A DNA stretch of 63,706 nucleotides, filler included, from Hausera hauseri (taxonomy: Eukaryota), in assembly GCA_046269625.1 (NCBI GenBank). It is 8 parts of 8 records of this genome, joined end to end, with 100 filler letters (N's around TTAATTAATTAA, not from the genome) between each part and the next. Parts side by side here need not be neighbours in the genome. Positions count along the whole stretch, not along the records: positions 9,695 to 19,835 come from JBJURY010233295.1; positions 19,936 to 24,182 come from JBJURY010678107.1; 6 more parts are not named here. One strand, written 5' to 3'. Within the stretch, counting starts at the first letter, position 1. Each line of letters starts with the position of its first letter. This document shows, piece after piece, positions 9,956 through 22,900 of this stretch. The position numbers and the translations under genes are program-made. The notes beneath the pieces were generated by a model that worked only from the letters and a program-made list of their open reading frames with translations, was not told the origin of the DNA and ran no database searches.

Positions 9956-12900
9956 GAAAAATGTCTGTCAGTTGGTCTTAATGTGAAGAAGACATTTGGT
10001 GCTTTTTACTGATTCTTCCCTGCTATACATGCTAAATGTGACTCTGCGTTGTTTATCTGTATGTGGTGTGTTTGTTTACGGAGTTTAAAATTTGGGAAAA
10101 ATTGTCCGATTTTTGTGTAAGTGTTGTGTCGTGCAAAGATGAGTCAGAATGAAGAGAAGAAGGTGAAGGAGAAAGAGAGATTGTTGGAGACGGACGGTTG
10201 GAGGTATTCAAGAGAGTGTTAGAAGACAAAGGACTGACAAAAGTGTAGAGGCGGACGAAGGAGGAGAGACGAAAAATGGGGTAGAAATTGGAATTGTGTT
10301 AGGCGAAAGAGTAGAAGTAGAAAATGAAATAGAGGTAGTGGTAGAAATAGGAAGGGAGATAGGACTAGAAATAGAAGGTGTGGAAAATGATGAAGCAAAA
10401 CTAAGAGCAGAAAGAGGGGCCGGAACAGGTGTAGGAATAGATATAGGAATAGCAGGAAATGTAGGAGTGAGAAGAGGTTGACATGTCGATTGGAGAAGTG
10501 CCGCCGAAAAAGAAGCCGGGATTTAAGTTGGTAACATGTACTGTGAGTTCTTTGCCGTCTTTAGAAATAATAGCGTTGTGCTAATGTAGTTGTACCAGTT
10601 TATAGGGCCCCATATACCGCAGTTGGAAACAGCACGGCGTTTGATTTTTTAGCCATACGAATTTTGCCGAATGCAAGTCTTTGGATAAATATGTTTTGTC
10701 TTTGTGAAGTAACCTGCAAAACGAATCTTTGCTGACCGTAACGAAGTGATTTTGCACCGCCGGTATGGTTTCATCTGTAGGAGTATCGTCTAGGGTAGTT
10801 AGTTTGAACAATGATCATACAGGAATTCCGGATAAGGCTTTAGTAGGTGAGCATCCCGTAGAAGTTGACGGAGTGTTCCGCAAGCCAAGCAGAACAAACG
10901 GAAGAAGGTTCGTCCAACTAGTGTTGGACTGCAAGGATTCTTAATGGCGTTTTCAATGTTTGGTGGAAGCGTTCTAGGAGGCCATTCGATTGGGGATGGT
11001 AAAGCGTAGTATGTATGTGATTGATCCCAATCGGTTAGAAAGGGATTTGAACAGGTTGGATTCAGACTGTTTACCTTGATAAGTGATGATGAAATGAGGT
11101 TATCCAAATCTGCTAATCCATGTACGAATGAAAACGTCAGCTATAGTATCAGTGTTTGTGCTCCGCAGAGGGATGGCTTCTGGCCATCGCCAGGAGCGGC
11201 CATCATAGTGAGAATGAATTGATGACCGTTGTCTGGAGGAAGAAGGCCAACGATGTCGATATGCACTGATTCGAAACGCGATGTGCAGGGGAAGTGGAAT
11301 ACTGGTGGCTTTAAATGCTTAGTTGTTTTGTATTTTTGGCAAGCCACACAATCCTTAACCCATGCCTGCACATCGGAACGCATTGACGGCCAAATTACTT
11401 GTCGGTGGAGTAAACGAAAAGTGGCTTTAGCACCAGGGTGGTGTAGCGAATGTACACTATTAAATGCTTGCCTTCGCAAAGATTGTGCAAGAATTATTAC
11501 GGAATGACTTGGTTTGGAAGTGCCTAAAGCCACGCCGTCAACAATTGTAATGATGAGTTGAAAGAATTAAGCATGTCCTGTGGTGGCTGGTTGTGTTGAA
11601 ATTGTGCTTGGGTAAAGATAGGTGAAAAACTAATCGAACTAACCGACTTTGATAAAAAATCGGCAACTAAATTATTAACCCCATTGATGTTTTATGTCGA
11701 AGTTAAATGTTGACAAATGATATTTGTCGTTCTTGGCGTATGTAAGGATGTTTCATGGCCATGATGTTATGTAAAGGCTTGTGATTGGTCTGTATGGTAA
11801 AATGGCGAGCGACAAGTATGTGGGAGAAATGCTTTCAAGCGAGAACGATGGCCAATAATTCCCGATCGAACGTTGAGTATCTAGTTTCAGGGGATGTTAG
11901 CTTATGAGAGAAAAATTCTAGCGGTTGATTTTCTCCTTTGTGGGTTTGGTGAAGCACAGCACCTACCGCAGTGGTTGAAGCGTCTGTGGTAAGGATAAGT
12001 TCCGCGTCACGCCTGGGGAAACCGAGAATGTCGACGGTCTTAATTTCTTCGCGTAACTTATCAAACTTATCAACCAATTCATGTCCACTGCGTTGGCTTA
12101 TGTTTTTTGCCGCCACATAAGTGTTCAAATGGTGCTGTCAGTTCATAACAATATGGTACATATTTATGTACAAAGTGTAGTGTACCAAGGAAACTGCGCA
12201 TTTCAGTGGTCGTACATGGTAGTTGGATATTCTTAAGATCATCAACTCGGTCTAGTTGGGGACAGTGGCCGTCTGGTGAAATAACGAGGCCCAAAAAGTT
12301 GATGTGCTTTTTGAAGAAATGGTATTTGTCGAAATAGACTTGGAGATTATGGTGGTTAAGGCGTTGGAATATTTCGCGGAGTTGTTCTTCGTGTTGTTTG
12401 GCTGAAGACGAAACGACCATAATATCACCAATGTAAGAGTGCGCAAACAGGATATCTGAAAGAATTGAATCAATGTGTCGCTGAAAGGTCTGCGGCATTT
12501 CGCAAACCGAAAGGCATAAACAGGTACTCATAGAGACCAAAAGGAGTAGTGACAGCAGTCTTTTCTGTCTTCGGGTTCAACTGATATTTGGTGATATGCT
12601 TTGGCCAAATCGATGGTCGAATAAATTGCGGTTGAATTAAGGCGATGCAAGATATTCTTGATTAGTGGCAGGGGTACGCATCCATAGTCAAGTTGTTCAA
12701 CTGTCGGTAGTCACCACATTGTCTAGAAGTTCCGTCCTTTTTTGGACAACTTGTAAAGGTGACGACAAAGGGGATTTGGGACGGCGTACAATGCCGGAGC
12801 GTTCTAGTTCAAGAAATTCGGCTTCTACGCCTGCCTACGACGAGGTGACAGTGGTCGCACCTTTTAGCGTATTGGTCGTTCATTCTGTGTAACTGTGGTG

Positions 12901-14813
12901 TAAAGTATTGTGTGCAGGAGTAAACGTACGATCTTTTTTAAGTACGCGTGGACATGATGTGTTGACGAATTGCTGCAAAGTTGTAGGCAACAGAGATTCG
13001 GTGATGATGGTGAAACAGCTTGAGTAGTAGCGGATGCAATTTGTGAATTGTTTGCTGATGTAAAGTCAGTTGGTATTAGTTCAAATGGTAGAATTGAAAA
13101 TGGTGTTGGATGAAGTGATTTCGTCGAGTGATTTAACGTTGGTGACAGTACGACAATTAAGGACATCAAACCTCAACTGAATATCAATATGATGATTTAA
13201 AAATTTACGAAATGACATATTGTTACGGAAATTCGAATTAGTTTTTGATTTCCCCAAAATTGATCTCCGCGTCTCGATCTACTGCGCGATAGTCTAAATG
13301 CTATTTATGCGCTTGCTAACGCTGCTAGAGGTGCCACTTCTCAGACATTGTTGACTGCAGTCAACCAATAAATTATAATTCGATAGAAAATCAGAACATG
13401 GAATTGCCGTCAGGACATTAGCAGCTGTGAACGTCAAGTGGAAAGATGAAGGAAATTTTGGTAAGATAAAAGATAATTTATCCATGCCAGAAATGTGCAG
13501 TGGTTGACCCGAAGCAGTGTATAAGGACTTGATTTTGAATGGAGAATTTTGGACAGGAAAAGTTTGGAAATAAAGAAATCGCTGCACCTGTATCAACGAG
13601 GAAATCAACGGATTGCGGTGTAGGAGCGGTGATTGCAGGCTTTAGAGTAAAGACAGCAAAAGAGGCGTGCTGGGATTCAGAAGGTGAAGCAGTGCCTTTG
13701 CGAGAGTTTGCCGTGACCTCTGATGGCAAACTTAGTTTTTTTGGAAAGGTGAACTAGGACGACTATTAGAAGAAAATGTAGCATGTCCGTCGTTCATGTC
13801 TATTTTGAAAGTGCAACCTGAAATGCATTTACGTGTTCGATTTTTAAACTTTGTGGTAAATGCAAACAACGATGTCTGAATAAAAACTTCTGTTGTAAAA
13901 TTTGCACCCTAGGCAGCATTTTTTGGCAGTTATGTTGAATCTGCTGTGATAATAGCAGATAGACGACTGCGCAGATGATGATGACCCGTTTCTAGGTACA
14001 GAATGGGCACGATCAGCGACAAAGTCATTTCGACGGGAGAGCGAAAGTTCATTTAATTTGTTATTAATGTTGTTAATTGTTGTGTGTAGTGCTGTATTTT
14101 CGGCACGTTGTTGATTTAACTGTTGTTCTACCGATGCATCGTTGCTTTGAATACCGTTTGCAGCAACTGCTGCCGAAACGATTGGTGGGGAGTTTAGGTG
14201 TAAAACGTTATAAGTCTTGTCGGATAATTCGGCCAATTTTTCAAGAGCCGTGGAGTCCTTCACGACGGTAAGTGGAGCTCGAATTTGGATGGGCAATGCG
14301 TTGAGGAAGTAGTGGCGAAGCAATTCTGGATTATGTTCTTTCGTGATGCCGAGGGTTTGTAGGTGTGCCAAAGAAGTACGTAAAAGTCTGATGGTCGTTG
14401 TGTACCTATGGCGTTATCATGAAAGAAGCGTTGTATGATGGTGTCCATTGAGGGTTCTGTGATCTTAAGAATGGCGTTGAAGAGTTTTGAATACGGGTCA
14501 GGAAGTTCGAAGATTTCAATGATGTTATAAATTCGTGTCTTGATATTGTTGGGGAGTAATAAAAGGAGGTTGTGTGCTTCAGTTAAGGAATCGGTAATAT
14601 TGTTTGTTTGTAGCCACCGTTGGTGGAATTGCAACAAAGTTTTGCTGGTGCCTTGCTTGTCTATAAGGAATTCAGTGTAATGAGGGAAAGGAGCGGAAGA
14701 AGTAGTGGTTGGGAGTTATTAGCAGAAGTAGTAGTGGATTTTTGGAGTAGTATAACGGGTTTTGGTTTTGTGGTGGCTTTATCCGTGGTGTCTATAGTTG
14801 GCGATGAATTCAT

Positions 14814-15050
14814 ACCGCCACAAATGCGAAAGTGTATATGGAGGTCGATATGAGGCGAAGAATGATTTAGGGTCCCAGATATAGGTACGTTAGAGCCGTT
14901 GTGCATGATGTAGAAATTAGATGAGTAGGTAAAAGTGCAGATAGTGTTGTAAATGTCTGTAGTGTTTATATGCGATGTTGTAATTGTGTAGACATGTTCA
15001 TTATTTAAAAAAAGAAAAGGAAAATGGTGTGGATATATAGCCAGGGACGT
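14814..15050 (-). pseudogene. Ubiquitin-like domain in frame with the Gag N-terminus (copy B)
   Basis: ...FLNNEHVYTITTSHINTTDIYNTICTFTYSSNFYIMHNGSNVPISGTLNHSSPHIDLHIHFRICGG|MNSSPTIDTTD. Confidence 0.65.
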
Positions 15051-15133
15051 GCCGTGGGGCCCCTACGAACGATGACGCTCGACCGACCGGTCTAAGGCTG
15101 GCGACCGGGTAACGCTTCCACCGCGACGAACCA

Positions 15134-15150
15134 CACATTTTGGGGTGACA
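15134..15150 (-). promoter_or_regulatory. Degenerate primer-binding site (tRNA-Trp-like) of copy B
   Basis: TGTCACCCCAAAATGTG lies at the same position as the copy C PBS and resembles TGGTGACCCCGACGTG. Confidence 0.4.
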
Positions 15151-17789
15151 GCAGCCGCTTCAGTGAGTTTGACGAGAGAAACAACGGCAATCGCGTGTTT
15201 TCTGTTTCAAGTTTGGTGTCATTTGTTTTAATGTCCATGTTTGACTATCTGTTATAAAGGTCAATATACTGTTTCCAGTTGATCAAATTGGATCGAAATG
15301 GGGTCGCACTCAAAAATGTTGATCAACTGTTTTTACTTTTATGTGATTAGCCTCGGTCTTTTTCTCTTGATTAGTGCGTGTTCTTTTCAAAGTGGTAATT
15401 GATTTAGTAAGTAGGCAAACTATATCATTCAGTGCTCGGTTGATAAGTTTAAAGGTTGTTCCGAGTTGTTGTCAACTTCATTGAATATATGAATTGTCAT
15501 TCAGGTATCCTTGTGTCCAAAAGGTCAAAAAATGATTAAAATGAAAAATCGGATTATGAATTTGTCATAAAAGTCAGGGAATGCACCAGTTGTTTTAACA
15601 TCGTAATAGAATCGTATAGGGCGATTTGTAATAGGTCCTAAAGGCACGGCATAATGATTTATGCATGTTTGAAAAACGTCATCCAAACTTTGATCGTTAT
15701 TAACACTGGGTAAAAGGAAAGGTATGACTTTGACAAACTTTGAGACAAAATTTAGAGATTTTATCAAATGAGCATGAGTTGCAATAAATACGATAAAGCT
15801 TAAAAGGTCGCAGGATATGCCGGTTTCGTTTTCGATTATGAACGAAAGGGAATCAGCGGTGTGATCTAAGAGAAACGGAGGCAAGCAACTAAAACTAATG
15901 TGAACGTTAATCAAAGTCGACGAAACTTTTACTAGATCGCTATTGTACGATTTGTACATAAAAGTTGAAGTTGGGTCGGAGACGTGTCTCTTGGAAACAA
16001 TAACTTCGGAACGAAAGGTAGTTCGTTTCTGATGACTCACCATAAGTCGGTAATGTTCCATTTGTGTTATATTAATTTTAAGTTGAGCGGGTGTTGAATG
16101 ATCTAAGATTTGCGGTTCCGTTTCGTAAATTACAAATTTTTCTTTCGGTTCGTTTAGGGAAGTAAAGGCCGGTGGGGTTTGTATTTTGTTAGGAGGCAGA
16201 ATTAAAAGTTGGACACAGACAAATCTTTTATGACAGCTTAATGAAGTACCCTCTTCTTGAGACGAGGAAGATATTACATAGAAATAATTGTGAATTTTTA
16301 TTGTAGCCTCTAAAGATGAGAAACGCCTGTTCAGGAATCTTTTTAAAAGATGCTTTGATTACCAAAGTCACTTTTACAAAGGACTAAAATTAGTAATATT
16401 CTGCTTTTAACTTTCGCTAAAATACGCCCTGATTCAGTTATCCGATTGGGACCAATGTTGCACTCTTTTATGTTGTAACAGCTGGAATGAGAGCGTTACA
16501 AAACTCGATTACGATATTCTCTTCGTAAGTGCTAACAATAATTAGAAATTTAGAAACAAAATGTTTGCTCCTCACGACGCCACCGGTTAATCGGCTCTTC
16601 GCTTCCACGTCTCAAAATCCAAATGGTGCGGAGCGGTCCCAAAATAAATCTTCATCAAAGCAATCGCACCCATAAACTGTCAAAAGTAGTGCACACAAAT
16701 CTGGCAATATGGCGAAAACTTGCGTGGTATAATTTCCTTAACGTCGGATAAAAATGTTTGTACGCGTAAGATGAATCAGAGGCAAAATGAAACATAAAAT
16801 GTTAAAATCGTTCATCGAAAACTTTATCGCTTCATATATTGTAAAATGGTATAAAATACGATCGTCGATTAATCCATGAAAATACATCAAAATTACCCGA
16901 CCCTGCGTTTCTAAACCGTTCCACAAATATTAAAGAATAATCCATTTTATCAAAGCTGGCCGTCGTAAATACTGGAACCAAATTTGTAAATTCGTCTGAC
17001 ACAATTTGTGGGTTATGTGGTTGATAAGTGATATCTCGAACATAGATGATTCCTGCAAAAAATTCTGATTGAAATTCGCCATTTTCTTATAGCCCATTTT
17101 CTTTGCTCGTCTCTTCATAACTTTAAAAAAATCTTTATAATTCTCTCGATTAAACTTTCTTTCGCAATAATCAAAAGATAGTTGTGCACTACCAAAAATT
17201 TCCAATTTAAAATTAATTTAATGTAGTAAAACTATTAAAAACCAGTAATAAACGCTCACGGATTCGTCTCACCAGCACATTTCAATTCGTTGACTCATTT
17301 CACATAACTCCTGTGGGTCCAAACATCGTTAAGACAACTGATCAAATTGGAAACGGATTTTGCTGATTTTATAGACAATTCGTCGTTTAATTGAGACGAT
17401 TTCTGGATTTTTGAACATTTCTTAATGACTTTGGTGTTTTCCGTTTCGTCAGTTTTACAAATGGACCCGTTTTTAATTTCTGATGTACCAGCAAAATTAA
17501 TCCGAATCGATTTCATATCATTACCAAACGACGATCCTCGTAATTTATTCACAACAGTTATGACGATATCGACCGAATCATATAGAACAAGAATAATTTT
17601 TGTTTTGAGGCTACTGAATTTGTTTAATGTACGATGAAAATTCGGTTTGGTCGATGAATGACACAGATAAACCGATTTTGGTGTAGTTGTGAAATTCGTT
17701 TTCTTGTTCTGTGCTTGGATAATACGTTACACATTTTACCATATTTTTTACGTTGTTCTCTTTAACATTATGATATACGTTGACTTTTC

Positions 17790-17965
17790 CGCCCAAATTA
17801 TTTGCCGGAAATGTTTAATTGTTGTCGGCTAAGGTCCCTGTGCCAAATGTAACATCTGCTTTATTTGTTATTATCCAGTGACACGTAATTAGCATTTATG
17901 TAATCCAATTTCTTTGCATTAGGTAAAATTACACGAGTGTCATAGTAAGCTAAAACATCTGTCGG
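17790..17965 (-). pseudogene. Classical protein tyrosine phosphatase fragment, disrupted
   Basis: DVLAYYDTRVIL...DYINANYV...YI/AQGP*PTTIKHFRQIIW, with stops and a frameshift. Confidence 0.85.
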
Positions 17966-18370
17966 CATTGTATAATCTCGCGGGTCAGAATTAACTTTAT
18001 CGTTTTTAATCGGATCAACAAAAAAAGAAAGAAGCATCCAAAAATACTGCGATTCCATATAGGGTAATTTCGATATGCAATATACCAAATATTGTGCATC
18101 TTGGTTTTCTGAACCCCATGAATGGAATGATTGTTTCGAACTATTTCATAAAAACACCGGTAATGAAGAATGTTGGTCTTGAGCCGAATCTGGACATTTG
18201 TTAGCGATAATGGAACTCGATACTGTCAGCATTTTGTAGGTGTATCGACTGATAAAACTGAGACGTTCGACCAGCTGAATGTACAGAATCTTGGAGAGCA
18301 TAAGCGAATCAAGCAAACGGGTATCATCTGCTACGATCGTTGTTGCTACGTATGTTGCGAACGAACTGTT

Positions 18371-18583
18371 TCTAACCGCTAGCGATTTCTAAACATATCC
18401 TAAATAGAAAATACTGATTAGTTTTGCTGACAGTTCCTCTCGTAATCCGTCGATCAATGCAGCGGGTGAAATTCTCGAGGTGGAAAGTCGGGCCCGACTA
18501 TAGATCCAACGAGGCGATAACGGAACGCCCGGCCGTGCCCTATTAAAATGGGCCATAGGGCACCGGCCGCAATGGGCACCACA
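18371..18583 (-). repeat. Isolated, apparently full-length family LTR (~213 bp)
   Basis: Starts TGTGGTGCCC and ends CTAGCGGTTAGA, compared with CTAGCGGTTGCA in copy C. No TSD is visible. Confidence 0.75.
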
Positions 18584-18954
18584 CAAGACTTTGTCAGAGA
18601 AGGCGATGTTGATCCTGGCAGAAAATTGAGCAACCAACACGTCACGCTCATGGTTGTAGCCAAATGGATAGCTGTGAGAAGCACCGTGTATATTTAGAGG
18701 CTCAGAATGCGTTATTTTGACTTTCTTGGCAAAATTCTTTTCATACTATTAATCAGCATTATATTTTGCACATCTCTCAGACTTTTTGTTCCAAAAACCC
18801 AGATTTAAGTATGCAAATTTTCTTTAAAATCTGCGTAATGCAGTATAATTAAGCTGCTTGTTATAATAGTCAAGTATGGATGGACGAAAAGGAAACTTAC
18901 ACTTCTGGTAACTCCCTTGTTAATTGAAACAGGATAGAAACGATATTTTTGTCA

Positions 18955-19639
18955 ATATAAATTCAACGAAGATTTTCTATTCTATCAAACGTTGAACTTA
19001 TACTTTCCATTTAGTTAATTCTCGCATAATCAGTAAACCAGTGCCTCAGACAATGTTTGTTTGTGACATTCTGACGACAGACGAAATTCTGTTTCTTAAT
19101 CGTGTTTTACATACCAGCACGTTAAAAGATTTAATGACAAAATTACAACTGTATTTGGAAAGTATACCTTCCAACTTTGGTAGCTCCAAAGATATGACTG
19201 AGTTGAATTATCAAGCAAATTTCGAATACAAATTACTGAATTGGCTTTTGAAAAATATCGCAGCTCGTTATTTGTTTCACAAAAAGCATAGAGGTTATGC
19301 TTTTGATCCTGTTTGTTAGTATTTGTATTGCATTCGGTTAAAATTAGATGCCATTTTCTCCTCAAAGGTAACTTTCATTTGAAAAATGGTGCTATGTTAT
19401 GGCGTATTAATTGGCTTGCTGGTTCATCTGCGCGTGGTTTTCAAACTGCGTTTGGTTTAATGGTTAATTACAGGTGGTTGTTGGTCGGTTGACAGAAGAT
19501 TTTGAATTCTGTTTCTAGATACTTTCTGGAAGAGACAGAGACTTACAGTCGTGATTATATTGACAACAAGGTCATTCACGTTTCCGATGATGTCAATAAT
19601 CTTCTTAAAGGGGTTCCACCTCCTGACTTAGAATCATAA
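18955..19639 (+). pseudogene. MLYCD: Malonyl-CoA decarboxylase 3' part with two short introns (19315-19367, 19474-19518); upstream part appears deleted or decayed
   Basis: Spliced translation [36 protein letters not shown]...GLMVNYRYFLEE...*, GT-AG introns of 53 and 45 nt, and IFYSI near 18975. Confidence 0.85.
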
Positions 19640-19935
19640 TACATATTAGTTTTGACTATTTTATATTTAAATGTTTTTTGTTGATGAGATTAGGTATAAT
19701 AACACTAGTTTCATTCTTCCCTTTTCAGCAACATTCTGTGGAGATGCGTAAATATATCAAAGTTGACATTTGGTGAATTTTAATATTTTTGTATATATGT
19801 TTTTCATAATTTAATTTAAAATATTTCCCAAAAGTNNNNNNNNNNNNNNNNNNNNNNNNNNNNNNNNNNNNNNNNNNNNTTAATTAATTAANNNNNNNNN
19901 NNNNNNNNNNNNNNNNNNNNNNNNNNNNNNNNNNN

Positions 19936-22900
19936 GGCCACGATCAAAGCACTGTAGACCTGCTGATGAGAAATCTCTATGACACAACACAGGTGTATCA
20001 GTGGATTCCAGCTATGGTAAGTGCACATCTTCTTATGTTTGATATCAATATTGTTTTGCATTTAGCTGCTCAGCTGTACACTGAGTTGTGGAAAGGCCAC
20101 ACATTACACTGGGGGATTGACCAAACATTTTTCTCAACCTTTTTCAGAGTTACCCAGCAATAATAATAGAAAGGCCTGTGAAAACCACTGTGACCACAAT
20201 AGGTTAGTATTTGTTTTGTTAGAATAGGAGATGTTCTTTATTCACAGATAATGTCAGTTGAAATCCAGATCCTTTCTGGCTAAACATTGTGTTTTTTTAG
20301 CTCTTAGCATTCTAAGATCTTGTCCGAAAATCCCTTCCAGTGAAAAATAAAATCTTTTACTTCTCTAGATGATGCCACTAAACAAATATTGTACCTGAGA
20401 CATATTGACTGGAATAACAACAATGCTTATGGAACGCTGGAGGTAAATTAGATACAGATGTTTACAACATGTAGACTAGACTTTATTGGGATGACACGTT
20501 TTTTTCTTCCCCTCCAAATGCATTAAACTGACACGTTTTGTTTTTTTCCTTGTAGGTCTTCAACAGCATTTTCCAGAATATACCAGAGTTTATTAGAGCC
20601 TACTTGGTCAAGTAAGTGGAGGGCAACGTATTTTTTTTCTGCATGTTTTTTTTTTTAGTGTTACCTTTGTTTTTGGTTGACTGCAATGAAGAGACATCTT
20701 TTTCTTTTCTTGAATCAACAGCCAATACTCCTACAACCAGTATTGGAACTACAACCAGTACTACTATCAATACATGGCCGAATATGAAATCTGGCTAAGA
20801 AAGGATGTTGATGAAACTTTGCTGAGAAAAGTTGCAGAGACAATGGTATCATCTCATGAAAAAGTTGGAGGTAATTTAACGGGACCGTTGCTGTTGTACA
20901 GAAACCAGACTGACAAAGCAAATGAAATTCAAGGTAACACAATGCAGCTGCAAATTTTGATTTTCTTTTTTAATTTAAATTTTTCTGTGGCTACTTAGAG
21001 GATCATTAATCTGTCTTTCTTAACCCATTTTCACCTGTTTTACTTTGTTTTTTTTTTTGCTTTTTAAGCTGTAACTTGGACTGAGGTGATCAACAGACTT
21101 TCCCTTGGCCAACAGTTTTGTAATGCAGGAAATTTCATCATTTCTGACAGAGGAGATTTCAATTTTGATTGCGTTGAAGGTCAGGCACTCTAAATATTGT
21201 CTGATGCTTTTTAAATTGCAATTACAGTCTGCATAAAACACATAAAATAGGGCGAGAGTTAATTTTTTTTCTCTGAAATATTGTTTGACCAATTTTTCTA
21301 TTATCAAACAGCATGTGCCAACTGGACATGGGGTGAAAACTGCACCGAAACATGCAATTGTTCAAAAGGTAGTACTATAGTGTGTGAAAAATCTCAAGGC
21401 ACTTGCATCTGCACATCCAATTTTGAAGGCACAACTTGTGAAACAATCTTAGATCGATGCTCTAGGTACAATCCTTGTGGGCCCAATTCAGACTGCATCA
21501 ACAAAGTTGGACATTATGAGTGTAAATGTCATAAAGGCTACTCCAACAACCTTTACAATCCAAACCTCTGTGAAGGTACATGTTTTTATTTTCATAATCT
21601 TAGAAATTCCTTTATGTTCTAGCTAGCTGCTATTTAACCAACAAACTGTGTCTTTTTTGTAGCATGTAGTGGCTGGACTTTTGGATCTGACTGTAATTCA
21701 ACTTGCAAGTGCCACCCTGACAATTCTCAAAGCTGTGACAGCATTAGTGGAAACTGCACTTGCAAGCCTGGATTTGAATCCACATTCTGTGAGCTGGACA
21801 TCAATGAATGTAATCAGACCAGCAGCCCTTGTGCTGAAAACTTGATCTGTTATAACACCAATGGAAACTATCTGTGTGAGTATTTACTCATCTTGTACTC
21901 TCAGAAAATTGTTGTAGTTGTTACTTCTGTACAATATAAAAAACATTGTTTTTATATTGGAAAGAAATATTTTTTTTCTTATGACAAATTTTTTAAGATG
22001 TCTTTTTGTTTCTGTCCTTTTATGCAGGTGTTGAAAAGTTTGGTAAGTTGCATTTTACTATTGGTGCTTTGCAGACATTCTCTTCAACTAACAGACATTT
22101 GTAGTGATAGTACACAGATTTATTTTTTGAATCATTTTTTTTCTTCCTTTTCATTCAAATGCTTGTTAACATCTGTGATAACTTCTACAGTCTATGCAAG
22201 AGTAACCATAGCTCAAGTGAACATAGGAATGTACTCTGAGCAGATAGTTAGTAGCATCCAGCAAATCATTCAGTCTTGGTTTGATCAGTACTACTGGGCA
22301 TACTTCAAAGTTATTGTGACCTCCTTCGGCATTGAGCAAGGGTAAGCTTAAAGATTTCATTTGGAATATAAACAAGTTTAATTGTTTTTTTATTTGCTTT
22401 TTTTAAATTGCAGTTTTGGAGAGCGAACCAGATATTGCTCATGACATGTTTTTTTTTCTTTAACAGTACCTCAAGCACAGATATTTTCTACAATATCATC
22501 ATTGTCTATGGCAGCCAGTCCATTGATTACTACATGACACAGTTCATCTACAGCCAGTTCATAAGTACTTCAAGAATAGTGTCAGTGAATGGAACTGACT
22601 ATGACATTCTTTCCTTTAATGTTTATGAAACTACAGAACAAGCCAGACTTGGGAAAGATCCGAAAAGTATGTTATCTTATTTACACATATTTTGAACTGA
22701 GTTAAGCTTTATTACATGGCTGAATAGAAAAGAAAACCTACATGTTTCATTCTAATTTAAAATTACAAAACCAGAATTCTTTTTTTCAGTCTACAAGCTG
22801 TGCCAGTCCTTTGGATTATGTGGATACAACAGCACATGCTTAAACTCAGAGTTTCTTCCTGTCTGCCGAGGTAACTATCTCAAATTCGTTTGTCGTAGTT

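Larger units (their letters stand above)
9711..15158 (-). mobile_element. Decayed Ty3/gypsy LTR retrotransposon, copy B
   Basis: Minus-strand gag (14637-13844), PR (FLVDTGA), RT (QTFQRHID, YIGDIMV), RNase H (TTDAS, DRELLAI), IN (HSLHHPG, CVACQ, HIDIVG), pyrimidine-rich tail, and 3' LTR starting at ~9955. Confidence 0.93.
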
